A stretch of DNA of 64,000 bases from Octopus bimaculoides (GCF_001194135.2 NC_068984.1:20101467-20165466); one strand, 5' to 3'. Counted from the stretch's first letter, positions 24,330 to 37,033 are shown. Notes: generated by a model not told the origin, from the letters alone. Translations and numbers: made by a program.

Positions 24330-25939
24330 CGCTTACCAATGTTTACAAATTAATAAATATATTCTTATTGTCCTGACCTTTGAAATTTTCAGCATGTGTG
24401 AAGCAGACGTTTTTTTCTTTTTTCTTTCCATTTTACATTGTAAAGGATACGAAAAAATGACAATACAAGAGACAAATTTGTTCAGTGCATCTGTCTGATA
24501 CATTAGCATATTAATACAGCATCTCACTCACTGTTCAGGCAATTGACTGTCTCCCCATAGTTCAATCAATATTATATACATATTTTGATTTACAGGACTG
24601 ATGTCTCAAAAATGGTTTTTAAAATAATTTCAATTGTAGAAAGAAATCTTGGCTAAGTGTTCAATTTTGCTCTATAGTAACAAATTTTGCTACAAGACTG
24701 TTGTTTCTATAGGATTATGGCCATTTATTAAAACAAATATATTAATTGAAAAATTCATAATATTGCTAATCTGTTATGACAGGATTCCAACTATAATAGT
24801 TGTTGTTTCTTAAGTTGCTAAAGTGATTCATCCATGATGTAATTGCTTTAATTTCAATATGTGACCTCAGACTCATGTGAAGAACAGATATGCAACTCTG
24901 GAATATACTCACTACCATCATCGTGTTTTCTATGTCTGCTTTTCTGTGCTTTCGTGGGTTGGGCAAGACTTCTTGAGGTCATATTCTATGACCTTTTCTA
25001 AAGACCAACCCTTAGATGTTTTCAACTAAGGTATTTTAATCCATTGGTCTTCACAGATCCCACTGAGCTGTGAGATGTTGTTTATGCAAAATAGACACAA
25101 AAACATCACTGTTGTCAATAGTGGTTTCCATGCAGTTTCTAGTTACAAAATTCCAATCACAAGACACTGATCAGCCCACAACAAGAACATGAGAGACTTT
25201 GCTCACAGTGAAATGTACAGCATTGAACATGAAACCATGTGGTTACAAACCAAGCTTTTTAACCACATCCTTATAAACAAATAATAAAATAGATCTCACA
25301 CGGGTTTCTACAACTAAGCTGGCAAATTCCAATTCTTTGGTATTACTCATCAAGTTACAATATAACTGAGTATTATTGTCTGTGGATATAGGTAGACTCA
25401 TTAGAACATTGTGTGCAACAAAGCTGGTGTTTTTGAAATACAATCCGACCAGGGGCCTTTGCATGATTTTTGACAATCCAGTTTACATCTCAAATCTTGA
25501 GGTGATCCAAGGCTGCTGTGGAAGACATTAATTTGCCCAAGATAGCATGCAATGTAATTTGAACCCAAAACTGCATGATTTCAAAGCAAATTTAACTATA
25601 TGGCCATGTTCTTTATATACATATTTATGGATTAACAAAGCTACCATTGGTTTCATGCCAAGAGAAACTTCTCAGTAATTATCAAGCCTGTCACATGGAA
25701 CATTAGTACCTGTCTCCATCTTGGATGAGACCATTTATCCACCAATTCAGTATTGAGCACTCATTCTCACTGATATGTGTGTGTGTGTGAACAAACAGCA
25801 TATGACAGGTTATAGCATATAACTGTCATATTGCCCCAAGGCAAAATATATAGCTTAGGTGCAAGAGTTAAAATGAAACCAACAAACATTTTGACTAGTT
25901 ATGTGCCATAACTAGTAATATACTGCTTGACAATATATA

Positions 25940-26149
25940 TGAGGGGAACTGAAAAGTTCCTGGCTTTAAGGGTATTGCAAAAGGCCTGGTTGGAGGCCCA
26001 ACCTTCTAAGTTCTTTTACAGCCCTTAGAAAAACTGAAGAGATGCTGTATCAAGTACATGAATTTGAAAGGGGAATATGTTGAATAAAATAAATTAACTG
26101 ATCCTCCTGTATTTTCTTTTACTCAAATGAACTTTTCAGCACCTCTTCG
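25940..26149 (+). mobile_element. Mariner-derived MITE, TA-flanked
   Basis: TIR-like ends tgaggggaactgaaaagttc and gaacttttcagcacctcttcg. Internal KYMNLKGEYVE-stop matches the mariner C-terminus. Confidence 0.75.
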
Positions 26150-26469
26150 TACAAGGTGTTTGGCTAAAGTTGATAATTTTTTTTTTTTTCAGGAACAGCT
26201 TGATGCATTGGTGAACAGTCAGCGGTGTTAGTGAGCATAAAGATTAAAGTTGTAGTTGAGAAAAAGTTAGCTGGCATGGAGGACCAGAAGCTATCTGAAT
26301 GTTGGAAAAGAATTACATGTATCAGGATGTTGCACACCAAGAATCAAAATGCTGGCATCAATACTTCTGTTCAATGCTCTATGAATACTGTATGATGTGA
26401 CATGGATAGCTGCAACAGAGACTATGAAGCCACAATCAACAGGTGTTCTGACTGTGTCTGCCTACCAGA

Positions 26470-26800
26470 ATTCATCCAACAGCTAATTCAGACACCTATG
26501 TGAAGCTGTTTGAGACTGTGGTAAAACCCTGGATGGAGAGGGTTGCAGCTGTAAGGCCATATGTGTGCTAACTGAAATCAGCCCCTTGCCATACTTCCAA
26601 AAAGTCAGATATGATTGACAGATTATTTCTCTAATTGTAATCCCATGAATTACAAAGTATGGGGCATGGTTGAGAAAGACACCAACCAATCTGCCTGCAA
26701 CACCAAGGCAAAGCTGGTGGCCAAGATCAAGGAAGTCTTTAAAGATCTTCCTAGGGACAAAGTGAGGAATGCACAAACCAGGTTCCAGAAGCCAAGAGTC
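26470..26800 (+). mobile_element. Second maT-like transposase relic (may start near 26190)
   Basis: NSDTYVKLFETVVKPWMERVAAVRPYV...NCNPMNYKVWGMVEKDTNQSACNTKAKLVAKIKEVF. Confidence 0.8.
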
Positions 26801-27144
26801 ACCACTGTTATCTCAGCCATAATCTATTTTACATTTTTTTATTTCTTAAAAATACTTTTTATTTTTGGATGGGATTTTTTATTTTTTTATTTATGGACAA
26901 CTAACTGGGAATTTTATATATATATAAAATATAGATATTCAATGATCTCAGGCTTTGATCAAGACCTGTTGTTTCCTGAAACCATGCAACTTAGTCATGT
27001 AAACCAAGATTTTCACTGAAACTTGCCATAATTTTTCCAGATTGATATGGAAACAAAATCAGGAGACAATGGAAGAAAGAGATAGATAAAAGAAGATCCG
27101 AGAGATATAAATTAAATAAGTTTTAAAATGACAAATGGAAAAGG

Positions 27145-27423
27145 AAATTCAAATATTTTAATAAGTTTATTTGGAGAAATGGGGTAACAGCCCATGATGA
27201 CCAATAATCGAAGGTGCTTGGCCCTGAAGTGAGACCGGCTTAAAATGAAAGCAGGTATATATATATAGATATATATATATATATGTTTTAAAAGGATTTT
27301 GTTTGTTTCTTCAAGTGATGATTTACAAAGTATTCAGAGAGCTCGAACTGAACCTGACGCTGATAGAGTATCAAAAATAACCAATCTTGAGAAATATGGT
27401 TTTTCTTAACAGCCCCAGTAATT
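27145..27423 (-). other. SCFD1: Probable SCFD1 3' UTR (about 270 nt) with AATAAA at 27166-27171
   Basis: First AATAAA on the minus strand after the stop, followed by a T-rich downstream tract. The cleavage site is an estimate. Confidence 0.55.
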
Positions 27424-27450
27424 TCATATTTCGTTTCCCAAAGCTGTCAG
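27424..27450 (-). CDS. SCFD1: SCFD1 terminal coding exon: LTALGNEI-stop(TGA)
   Basis: Very strong acceptor (T11-ctttctgtttttcag). The phase 0 frame parallels human LSQLGQK-stop. Confidence 0.9.
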   Translation of the reverse strand: MTALGNEI

Positions 27451-27733
27451 CTGAAAAACAGAAAGAAAAAAAAAAATTAACATTTTCATGATCATAATTT
27501 CTAAAATAATAGAGAATTTTATTTAATGAAATTGTAAATTTATTTTCATTTATAGATGGATATATTCAAACATAACAGAAGATAGGTTCCTATAAACAAT
27601 AAGGGTTTGATACAAGGTTTGAATTTTATTCTAGGTGGCACAAAGCCTGAAATTTTTGGTGGGATAGGGCTAATCAACTACATCAACCCTGGTACTTATT
27701 TTATCAACCCCAAAAGGAATGAAAGGCATAGTT

Positions 27734-28193
27734 CATCATCATCATTTAACATCCGCTTTCCATGCTAGCATGGGTTGGACAATTTGACTGAGGACTGGCA
27801 AGCCAGAAGGCTGCATCAGGCTCCAATCTGATTTGGCAGAGTTTCTACAGCTGGATGCCCTTCCTAACGCCAACCACTCCGAGAGTGTAGTGGGTGCTTT
27901 TACTTGCCACCAGCACGGGGGCCAGTCACACGGTACTGGCAACGGCCATGCTCAAAAAGGTGTTTTTTTTACGTGCCACCTGCATGGGAGCCAGTCCAGC
28001 GGCACTGGCAACGACCTCACTCAAATGATTTTCTAACGTGCCACCAGCACAAGTGCTAGAAGACAACGCTGGTAACGATTACGCTCAAATGGTGCTATTT
28101 ATGGGCCACTAGCACGGAAGCCAGACAGCTGCTCTGGCAATGAACATGCTCGGACAGTGCTATTAGTGTTCCACTGGCGCAGGTGCCAGTCAT
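27734..28193 (-). mobile_element. Family B retroposon with 4-5 tandem ~65-bp units
   Basis: Core followed by diverging gtgccacc...ctggcaacg...ctcaaa repeats. Confidence 0.85.
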
Positions 28194-29948
28194 CTATTAT
28201 GGTTGACCTTGCAAAATTTGAACTCAGAACAAAAGTTGAGGAAATTTCACAAAGCATTTTGTCCAGCATGCTAACACTTTTGTCAGTTCACTACCTTATA
28301 TTAATTTGAATGTCAGCAATTTAAAATGAGGTTTTGCATCATAAAATGAAGAGTAGTTCACAGTGATTTCATATTAAAAGAATTAACATTTGATACAGAC
28401 CAGCCAGAGATCATCCCTAACTCTATGATAAAAACTTTCTGATACAAAGTGATTTAAATTAAAATATTCCATCAAAATTTTGTGTTTATATTTGCAACAC
28501 CAACTTAATGACAAATTTATTTAAATTATTTCTAATTTTAAAAATTAATTGAAACAGAAGTAGCATAATTAACATCACTTGTTTAACGATGATGTTCATT
28601 ATCATCACAATGTCAAGACAAATATATGATAGAAACTGAAAAAAAAAAAGGACTGTCTACCAAATTCACTCACAAAGCTTTGAATGGCCCAGAGTTATAG
28701 TAGACACTTGCCCAAGGTGCCACACAGTGGGACTGAACCCAAAACCATGTGGATGAGAACTTATTTCACAAGGAGTGCCCTAATATGAATACTAAACTAC
28801 CAACCTTCAGGAATACCACTTTTATGAAACTTAAAACTATAAATAAAAAGTAAATGCTAAGGTCTCCATTTTTTTTTTCTTACAACTGTCTAAGTTTACA
28901 TCTAACATGTATTTTTAATTGTATTGGATACAAATTATTTTCTTGACTTTTTTTTTCTTCTTTTATACATATTTCAACCACCAATATCATAAACAGCCAA
29001 AACAGAATATAATCTAATTTTCAATTTTGTGAAACTCAATTTTCTTTCCTTTTTATTTTCAGATTTTGAGTTTTGATTTTCTTTTTCATAACAAATGCAT
29101 TTACATCTGTTAATGTTGCGGAGGCTTTAGAGAAAGAGAAAAAGATTTGTATAAATTGAGTTACTGTTTTCTTTCACACCAAACACTCAACCATGTGGTG
29201 GATGTAGCACCTAGTTTTCTGTCTGGCTCTAAGTAAATAGAAACATGTCTACTAAGCCAATCCCTTAGAAATGCAACACAGATTAACACCTAACAAGGAA
29301 ACTGAGGCAGTTCAGCTTCAAGGTTGTTGAACTGGAGCAAGGGTGAGAAGCAAGGGAAAAATGATGGCTGGAAGGGGGATTTGAAATTATACTAGCTTCA
29401 TCTGAATGACAACCAATCCTTGTACATGGAGACAGCAAATGATGGAGCCTCTACCTGGTCATTCAACTTGTTAGAAATAGTAGTGAAGTCTCTTTTGAAT
29501 CACATTCTACCATTTATGAAAAAGGACACATAGATAGTGTAGCCTAGAATCACTATGCTTGAAAGAAAGAAAAGTGGTTGGGGTAATAGTTGCAACATCT
29601 TTGACCATATGTCTGTCTGATCACAGTTGATCTCAGGCTAAACAACAACACGAATGTATGCCTGAAGATTGCAGTGGCATGAAACTTGAGTTGTGTGTGT
29701 GAATGTGCGAATGCAAGTGTGTCTCTTTGTGTTGACATTACATTATAGTTATGAATGTTCACTGCTACACAAGTGGTACTGTTTGTTTCAAATTTTCCAT
29801 GAAAGCATGTCTGGTTATGGGAAAATGTTATCTTATATGGAAACAAGTGAGAATTGGCGATAGGAAAGGCATCAAACTCTAGAAAAATTTGCTGCAACAA
29901 ATTCCGTGGATGTGAAGAGGATGAAAAAAAGTATTGGCTATTACTTAC

Positions 29949-30026
29949 CTGTTTTAGCATCTGGGAAGCACTAACTATGTCACTGCAACCATACACTATT
30001 CGTTTAGGGATTGAACTGGATTTTGA
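29949..30026 (-). CDS. SCFD1: SCFD1 penultimate coding exon (78 nt, phase 0 to 0): SKSSSIPKRIVYGCSDIVSASQMLKQ
   Basis: Acceptor cattcttttgcag and donor gtaagt. IVYGCSD matches human ILYGCSE. Lies inside track ORF 29553..30164. Confidence 0.95.
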
Positions 30027-31272
30027 CTGCAAAAGAATGTTTAGAATTAAAAATTGAGTGAAACAGAAATGAATGAAGATGAACAAAGAGAATATTTGAT
30101 TGCATGTTTGAAAGAGCAGTGGGAGAGAAAGTGAGAAGTAGACAAGATACTGTGTGTGAGACATGAGAGAGTAAGAATGACTATTTGTGTTTGATTGACT
30201 GCGTATGTATGTGAAAGAGGTGAAGGTGGTTGTGTGAGTGTGAAGACTGGCTGAATGATAGTAAGTGTATGTAAGTGCATGTAACTTAGCACTTAAATGA
30301 TTAAAGAAGAAACTTAAGGAAAGTTATTTAGCAAATTGTAATAAATGGTGACATTAAATAATATTAATAATTTCTTTTTGCTTGGCAAGTAGAGTTGAGT
30401 GTATTGTATGAAGGGAACACTTCCCTATGACTACAACAGAATCAAAAAAACTATGATCCAACAGAAAAGTGTGAATCCTATCCACCCACTTAGTCATCAT
30501 ACTACACCAATACTAATGACACATCAGAGATATACAAAATGGTGAAGGCTAGAATGCCCTTGATCAGAGGTCTACTCAGCCAGGGCTGTCCTGGAGCTAA
30601 ACAGCAACAACACTAACGCACCTGTGTTATCATGGACAAATCAAATCTTTAGGTTTCCCCCTTCAAACTGAAATAAACTATGAAACCCTTTGATTTGTTG
30701 TTTTAAAAATGACCCCCATCCGAAAGAACACACGTGGAGAGCTTATAATCTGGAAGATCAACTTAAAACACAAATTTTGTTATCCGTTTTCACATTACAC
30801 CCTTCGTCTCCATGCCCTTCATAACCATTTCTTTTAAATCACTCTTGGCTAGAAATCTTTTACTTCCATCACTAATGAATCATAAACAATTAGATTCTTA
30901 TGTAGTACCATAAAATGTAGGGTGACGAGCTGGCTGAACTATTAGCATATTGCATGAAATGCTTAGTAGCATTTCTTCCAACTCTTTATGTTCTGAGTTC
31001 AAATCCTGCCAAGCTTACCTTACATCCCTTTGGGATTGGTAACAAAAGGTACTAGTCAAGTACTATGGGAGGAGATCGATACAAGTGATTTTCCCCCTCC
31101 CCTCAAAATTGCAGCCCTTGAACCCTGACATCCCATTCAGAGAGAATATTGTGATTTTGTCATTTATACATAACAGGAACTGGGTAACCAGCCTTGTAAG
31201 ACCTAGGGGTCAAGGAAAAAGGGAAAAATGTAAGATACTCAGACTACACATAAGTTTAGACAGAGTTAATCT

Positions 31273-31468
31273 TTAACCGTTTTGTTACAGTATTCATTTT
31301 GAGATGCTCTGTGTTTCTTTCAATTAATTTTAAACAAAGAATTTAGTAAAGCTAATGCTAGGAACATAAATTGTGACTAAGGTTTAGTGGAAGATTTTAA
31401 TTCAAAACTTATGAAAACAAGACATTTGTACTACAGAGCCAGAGCTGGTTTGGTATCGAAAGTGTTAA
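31273..31468. mobile_element. TTAA-flanked piggyBac-like MITE (degenerate)
   Basis: ttaaccgttttgttac and gtatcgaaagtgttaa imperfect TIRs. Related relics at about 13790-13900 and 28380-28560. Confidence 0.5.
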
Positions 31469-33650
31469 TTCAGTTACATTCTAATTCAATCATTATATTT
31501 ACTTAAGATAAAATTTATAACAAAGATGATGAATAAACATTAAAAAGGAAAATAAACAGACAAAAATGAAACTCAAATAATGAAACAGATTCTAGACGAA
31601 AGAAAAACATTTGAGTAATACTTAAATACAGAATAATAATTAGTTCTAGAGAGAAAAATAAAAGCTATATTATAATGTCAAGTCAGAGAAATATAACTAA
31701 TTTCTTTATGTTTTCAAACTGAACAATACACAGTTGGTAGAGATAAAAACTGGAAAAAAACCACACATTACAAAACAGTATAAATTCAAACTACAGTTTA
31801 ACTACTGTTAAAAACAAAAAGAAATATATTAAATATACACAACCCAAAAAGAAGTCCACTGCTATAAGGATGAAACGAGTAAAAGAAAGAATACAAGACT
31901 ATGTATTCATAAAACTTAAATGTGATAAAGTGAAAATAAAGAAAATAATTAAATCCTTTTGAAAAGTTAATATAAACACTAGCTCTAGCTGATAGCTGCA
32001 GGCATGGCTGTGTGTTGGAGAAGATGACTTCTCAACTACGTGACTTCAATAAAAGATACTACACAGTAGGACTGAAACCAAAGACCCAGACTGACCAATA
32101 ACCACGTGAGGGAATTTGGTAGATGAAAACTGAAAAAAGCCTATTGTGTGTATATGTACCTTAAGTGTTTATTCTGGCAACTTGTCACTGCCATTTCTGT
32201 CTTCTTCCCATCTATTCGGACTTACTCTTATATAACTTGGAGTAGCCATGTATCTCTTCTAAGCAAAAGACCTGTGCTTGTCCCTCTATCATACTTTAGC
32301 CTTTCAGTAACTGGTATAAAGCCACCTCTCCATCTTTCAAATACATTACTCACCCACCCTACTCAGTTGAGGGGGGATTTTTCCTTTCCTTTGTAAGTTA
32401 CTTGGCAACTTCATTAATGCCAGTGATACAAAAACAAGCACCCAGTATACACTGTAAAGTGGTTGACATTAGGAAAGGCATCCAGCCATAGAAACCATAC
32501 AAAAGCTGATATTGGAGACCAATACAGTCATGTGACTCATCAGTTCTGGTCAGACCATTCAACCCATGCAAGCAAGGAAAACAGACAATAAATAACCAGT
32601 ATATATATATATATATAGTCCACAGATGAGATCCAGATATTCTCCATATAGAATACACTTAGTGATCAAAAGATTCAAACTTAAACTCCAATGTCTTTAC
32701 AGGAGATATTCCACAAGGTAAAGAAAGGCATAAGAGGAATCAGGTTGAGCAGGTACAGAAGCAAATGTGGGGATATGCAAATTAGACACATCTCACCTGT
32801 GCTTGTGCCACATAAAAAGCACTAAGTCCACTCTTCTGAGTTGTTGGTGTTAAGAAGGGCATCCAGCTGTAAAAATCCTGCCATAACAGACACAGAAGTC
32901 TAGCACAGGCTATGACCTGGCTGGCTCTTGTAGTACCATCACAGCCATGCTAGCATGGAACATGGATGTGAAATGATGATGTTGACGTATAGATATAAAA
33001 AGGATCATCTTACACAGAGTACAAATGACAGAGAAAATTAATGGGATAGGAGAAAAGTATTACAAGTCCAACACCTGTTTCTGGAGGCTTGGTAATCCAT
33101 AGTAATGTTCGTAGATTTAGTCCATCAGAAAACGTGGCTGTATGGATGCATTTAACATAGGATGAAATGAGCCTCCATCTTCAGGGAAGAGATCTTACAT
33201 TTCAAGTTCAAAGATGGACTGATTAAATGTGAAGATTGTTTATCCCCATATTCGTGTGTGTATGTGTGTCCCCATGGTATGTATATCTCTGTGAATGTTT
33301 ATAAAACTACACTGAGCTATGGCAACAGGCAGTGACATCAACATTTGTGGCTGGGCTGCAACCAGTGATGTTTGATAACATTTCCTGTCCAAAAATCATC
33401 CACTGGCTCTGCACTTTCAAATTCCTCTGAGGTAAAAAAAAATCCTTCACTTGAAAAACAAGTTAGGTGTTAGTGACAGGAATTGAATCCAACCATACGA
33501 ATCATGCTTCAATTTTTTGTTGTCTAATGTCTGTTTATCCATGTCCAAATTTTGCCACCATGAAAAAAACAACTGTCATTAAATGGAACAGAATAAAAGA
33601 ACAAAGTTTGAAAGTTGTTTTTTTTTAAGTAACAATAGATATCCACTTAC

Positions 33651-33716
33651 TTTGACATAGTCCTGCAGATTTTGGTACTCTATGTAATTTCCTCCACCAA
33701 CAATGAAAACATAGGC
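33651..33716 (-). CDS. SCFD1: SCFD1 exon (66 nt, phase 0 to 0): AYVFIVGGGNYIEYQNLQDYVK
   Basis: Acceptor ctttgttcttgttctcag and donor gtaagt. Contains the Sec1/Sly1 hallmark VGGGNYIEYQNL. Confidence 0.97.
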
Positions 33717-33813
33717 CTGAGAACAAGAACAAAGATATTACAGAAAACAGAATATAAAAAGTGGAGTATATTCAGTGAAAAATGATAGACAATTTGATAA
33801 TTTCAATGGCTGA

Positions 33814-33855
<42 letters not shown>

Positions 33856-33873
33856 GAGAGAGAAGTGTTTTAC

Positions 33874-33910
33874 CTCTTGGAATGGAGATTTATTTCTGGC
33901 AACAGCAGAA
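33874..33910 (-). CDS. SCFD1: SCFD1 small exon (37 nt, phase 2 to 0): (G)SAVARNKSPFQE
   Basis: Acceptor ttcttaatattgcag and donor gtaaaa. Restores the frame between its neighbours. Matches human SSVPRNKNPFQE. Confidence 0.93.
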
Positions 33911-34295
33911 CTGCAATATTAAGAAAAACAATAGTTCAATACATATAGTAAACAACATAAAGATGAAACTATCATACATTGTCAAGATAAGGAGACACAA
34001 ACATAAATGCACACTAACATATATACACGTGTGTGTTTGTATTAAAATGTAGTTTTGATGAAGCATTGTGATATTGTGTGTATTAAAATGTAATTTTGGT
34101 GAAGCATTGTGTGTGTGTGTGTGTGTGTGTGTGCATACACAACAGATTTCTCTTTCAATTCCCCTCTTTACCACATCCACTCAAGGCTTTGGTCGACCCG
34201 TGGCTATTATAGAAGATAACTGCCCAAGGTGTCGTGCAGTAGGACTGAATACAGAACCATGTAACTGGGAAGCACATTTCTCAACCACACAGCCA

Positions 34296-34608
34296 CACCT
34301 GCACCAAGCACCATTCGAACGTGGGTCATTGCAAGTGCTGCCTGACTGGCTCCCATGCCGGTGGCACATAAAAAGCACCATTCAAGCGTGATCGATGCCA
34401 GTAATGCCTGAATGGCACTAATGCCGGTGGCACATAAAAAGCACCCACTACACTCTCAGAGTGGTTGGCGTTAGGAAAGGCATCCAGCTGTAGAAACTTT
34501 GCCAGATCAGATTGGAGTCTGGCACAGCTTCCTGACTTGCTAGTCCTCAGTCAAACCGTCCAACCCATGCCAGTATGGAAAATGGATGTTAAACAACGAT
34601 GATGACGA
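34296..34608 (+). mobile_element. Family B retroposon
   Basis: Two gccggtggcacataaaaagcac units followed by the core and a gatgat tail. Confidence 0.8.
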
Positions 34609-36070
34609 TTCTTATGACAATTTCATGCTATAGACTTATTTTAATTATATTTGGAGATAAAAAGTCTTTTATCACAGTTTCACAGTACCAATCATAGCAG
34701 ATGCTGTTATACACTGCTGGTCACAATGCACTTCCAATTCTGTCTTGATTGCACCATTCTTTCTCATCTTGACCCAAATTGCTTGACTAAATCATCTTCC
34801 CATCATCATGGAGGCCTTCCAAATGGCTTTCTCCAATCTCTTAGATACCACACAGCAACGAAAACTAAAATATGTTTCAGTGTTTTTAATCCAACATCAT
34901 CTTGAGGATGTTAAATTTAAACATGATGTAAAAATCCACTTTCCTGGTCATTTTTACGAGCAACTTGTAGCTGCCAAAGATACAATCCATCATTTGTTGT
35001 AACAATAATCTAGATAGACTTCAATGTCAAGTGAAATTTGAATTGCTTCATTCTTTGACAAGTTGTTGACATAGAAGTAATTGTAAAGTGACAAAGTCCT
35101 AGGCTGTAGCAAATAGGTGCATATCACGAGAATTGAGATTGGGGTATTCACAAAGAGTAGACACTTGAATGAAGTATATCTTTAATGAATACATAGTTTT
35201 GTTTATTTGTTGAAATTATGAAATATATCTCAAAATGCATCAAATCACCACCACTGACATTTTTATGTCCACATTTTCCCTGCTGGCATGTTAATCAGAC
35301 AAGACTTCATAAGGCAATAATGCTACATCCCCAACTGGTTAAAGATGACAGCTTACTTAAGAATTCAAACATTTTATTCCATCACTCTGCTGTACTGTGC
35401 CTCTGACAAAATAAAATGAAGCACACAATGGCTCAATCACTTGATGTGAACAGGAACTACAAAGCAGTATATTTCACCATTGTAAGCTTGTAGATAAGAA
35501 AACGGAACATGTTGCTGGTACTGGCTTGTGCCTATAGCTGAGACACATAACATTGAGTGGCTCAGGTCAACTAACTGCAAATAGGTGCCACAGGGTGAAA
35601 TGAGTCACTACTGTAGAGAGGTTCATAGCCTTGCATTGCTGGATTCAGTTCCACCAACAGAAGAAAACTGCCAGTGATAGAATGATGACCTATCAAAGAA
35701 GAAATATCTTTTTTGTGTGTTTAACATCTTGGAAAGGAAATCTGCTTACTGGACTAAAAGAATGTAGAGGTCCTTGAGGAAAAGTAACTATCCAAAAATA
35801 ACAGCGGAAATGCTACACAACCAACTAACAAGAGATTTGCTAACTTACATTGCAATCTTTAAATCCTTCCACCTGGGCCAAAAGAAAACAATGGAAAACC
35901 CAATCCAGTATAACCTAACTTTAATCATTCAATGAAGACAAACATCTCCAACTGAACATCAACAAACTAACTAATTACAGGACATTATTTTGTGGACTAG
36001 CAGAATTGTTAAAGCATGGGACAACATGCTCAGTAGTATTTCTTAGGGACTAAACATAGAGGGGATAAAC

Positions 36071-36428
36071 ATCATCATCATCATCATCGTTTAACGTCCG
36101 CTTTCCATGCTAGCATGGGTTGGACGATTTGACTGAGGACTGGTGAAACTAGATGGCTACACCAGGCTCCAATCTGATTTGGCAGAGTTTCTACAGCTGG
36201 ATGCCCTTCCTAACGCCAACCACTCAGAGAGTGTAGTGGGTGCTTTTACGTGCCACTGGCACGAAGGCCAGTCAGGCAGTACTGGCAATGGCCACACTCA
36301 AAATGGTGTATCTTATGTGCCACCTGCACAAGAGCCAGTCCAGGGGCACTGGCAACGATCTCGCTCGAAAATCCTTACACATGTCACGGGCACAAGTGCC
36401 AGAAAGGCGATGCTGGGCACAGGTGCCA
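36071..36428 (-). mobile_element. Family B retroposon with about 3 tandem units
   Basis: Near-identical core. Confidence 0.85.
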
Positions 36429-36450
36429 TCCTGATTAAGGACAGACAAAG

Positions 36451-36616
36451 GGATTAAGTCAGTTACATCGATCCTAGTGCATAACTGGCACTTAATTTAT
36501 CGACCCCAAAAGGATGAAAGGCAAAGTCAACCTCGGTGGAATTTGAACTCAGAACATAAAGAAAGATGAAATACCGCTAAGCATTTCGCCCAGCGTGCTA
36601 ACGTTTCTGCCAGCTT
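36451..36616 (-). mobile_element. tRNA-derived SINE (family C)
   Basis: gctggcagaaacgttagcacgctgggcgaaatgcttagcgg...ttctgagttcaaattcc...ctttgcctttcatcc. Related copies at about 7225-7410, 8330-8470, 30920-31130, 41615-41890 and 61215-61380. Confidence 0.8.
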
Positions 36617-36699
36617 AGTGGTATGTCTTCTGACTCTTTATGTTCTGAATTCTAATCCTGCTGCAGTCAACTTTGCCTTTCAACCTTTTGGGCTCAGTA

Positions 36700-36865
36700 T
36701 AATAAAGTACTCGTGATAGTAAGATTGTAGTTTCAATTCCTGGACCAGGTGATGCGTTGTGTTCTTGAGCAAAACATTTCATTTCATGTTGCTCCAATCC
36801 ACTCGGCTGGTAAAAAAGAGTAATCCTGCAATGAACCAGCATCCCGTCCAGGGAGGGATACACCA
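36700..36865 (+). mobile_element. Deu/Nin-like SINE fragment about 65 bp from an SCFD1 donor site
   Basis: cctgcaatgaaccagcatcccgtccagggaggg. Confidence 0.6.
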
Positions 36866-36929
36866 GAGAAACCAGCCCTATCACTCCTTACAGAGTGATG
36901 TGGACTAAGCACAATATAGAAATACTTAC

Positions 36930-37033
36930 CCATCACCTCGCAATAACTTGGGATCAAAATATCGAAAATCTTCAATTTCTGGTAAAGATTTCATTTCCAT
37001 CAAAGCATCAACGATTCGAGTCACTGGAAGATT
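36930..37033 (-). CDS. SCFD1: SCFD1 exon (104 nt, phase 0 to 2): NLPVTRIVDALMEMKSLPEIEDFRYFDPKLLRGD(G)
   Basis: Acceptor tctttgttctttcag and donor gtaagt. Matches human NLPVTRILDNLMEMKSNPETDDYRYFDPKMLRG. Confidence 0.97.

Noticed and set aside
26615-27019. 134-aa ORF as a host gene
   Set aside because: Its first half is a decayed maT transposase C-terminus running into T-rich sequence.
27316-27410. Plus-strand peptide DDLQSIQRARTEPDADRVSKITNLEKYGFS overlapping the SCFD1 3' UTR
   Set aside because: Weak AAG acceptor, and the preceding candidate exon has stops in all usable frames.
27900-28190. CRISPR-like repeat array
   Set aside because: Eukaryotic context. The units are contiguous diverging tandem repeats of a retroposon with no unique spacers and no cas genes.
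29553-30164. 203-aa ORF as a standalone gene
   Set aside because: Only the 26 codons at 29949-30026 are SCFD1 exon. The rest is intron and repeat read-through.
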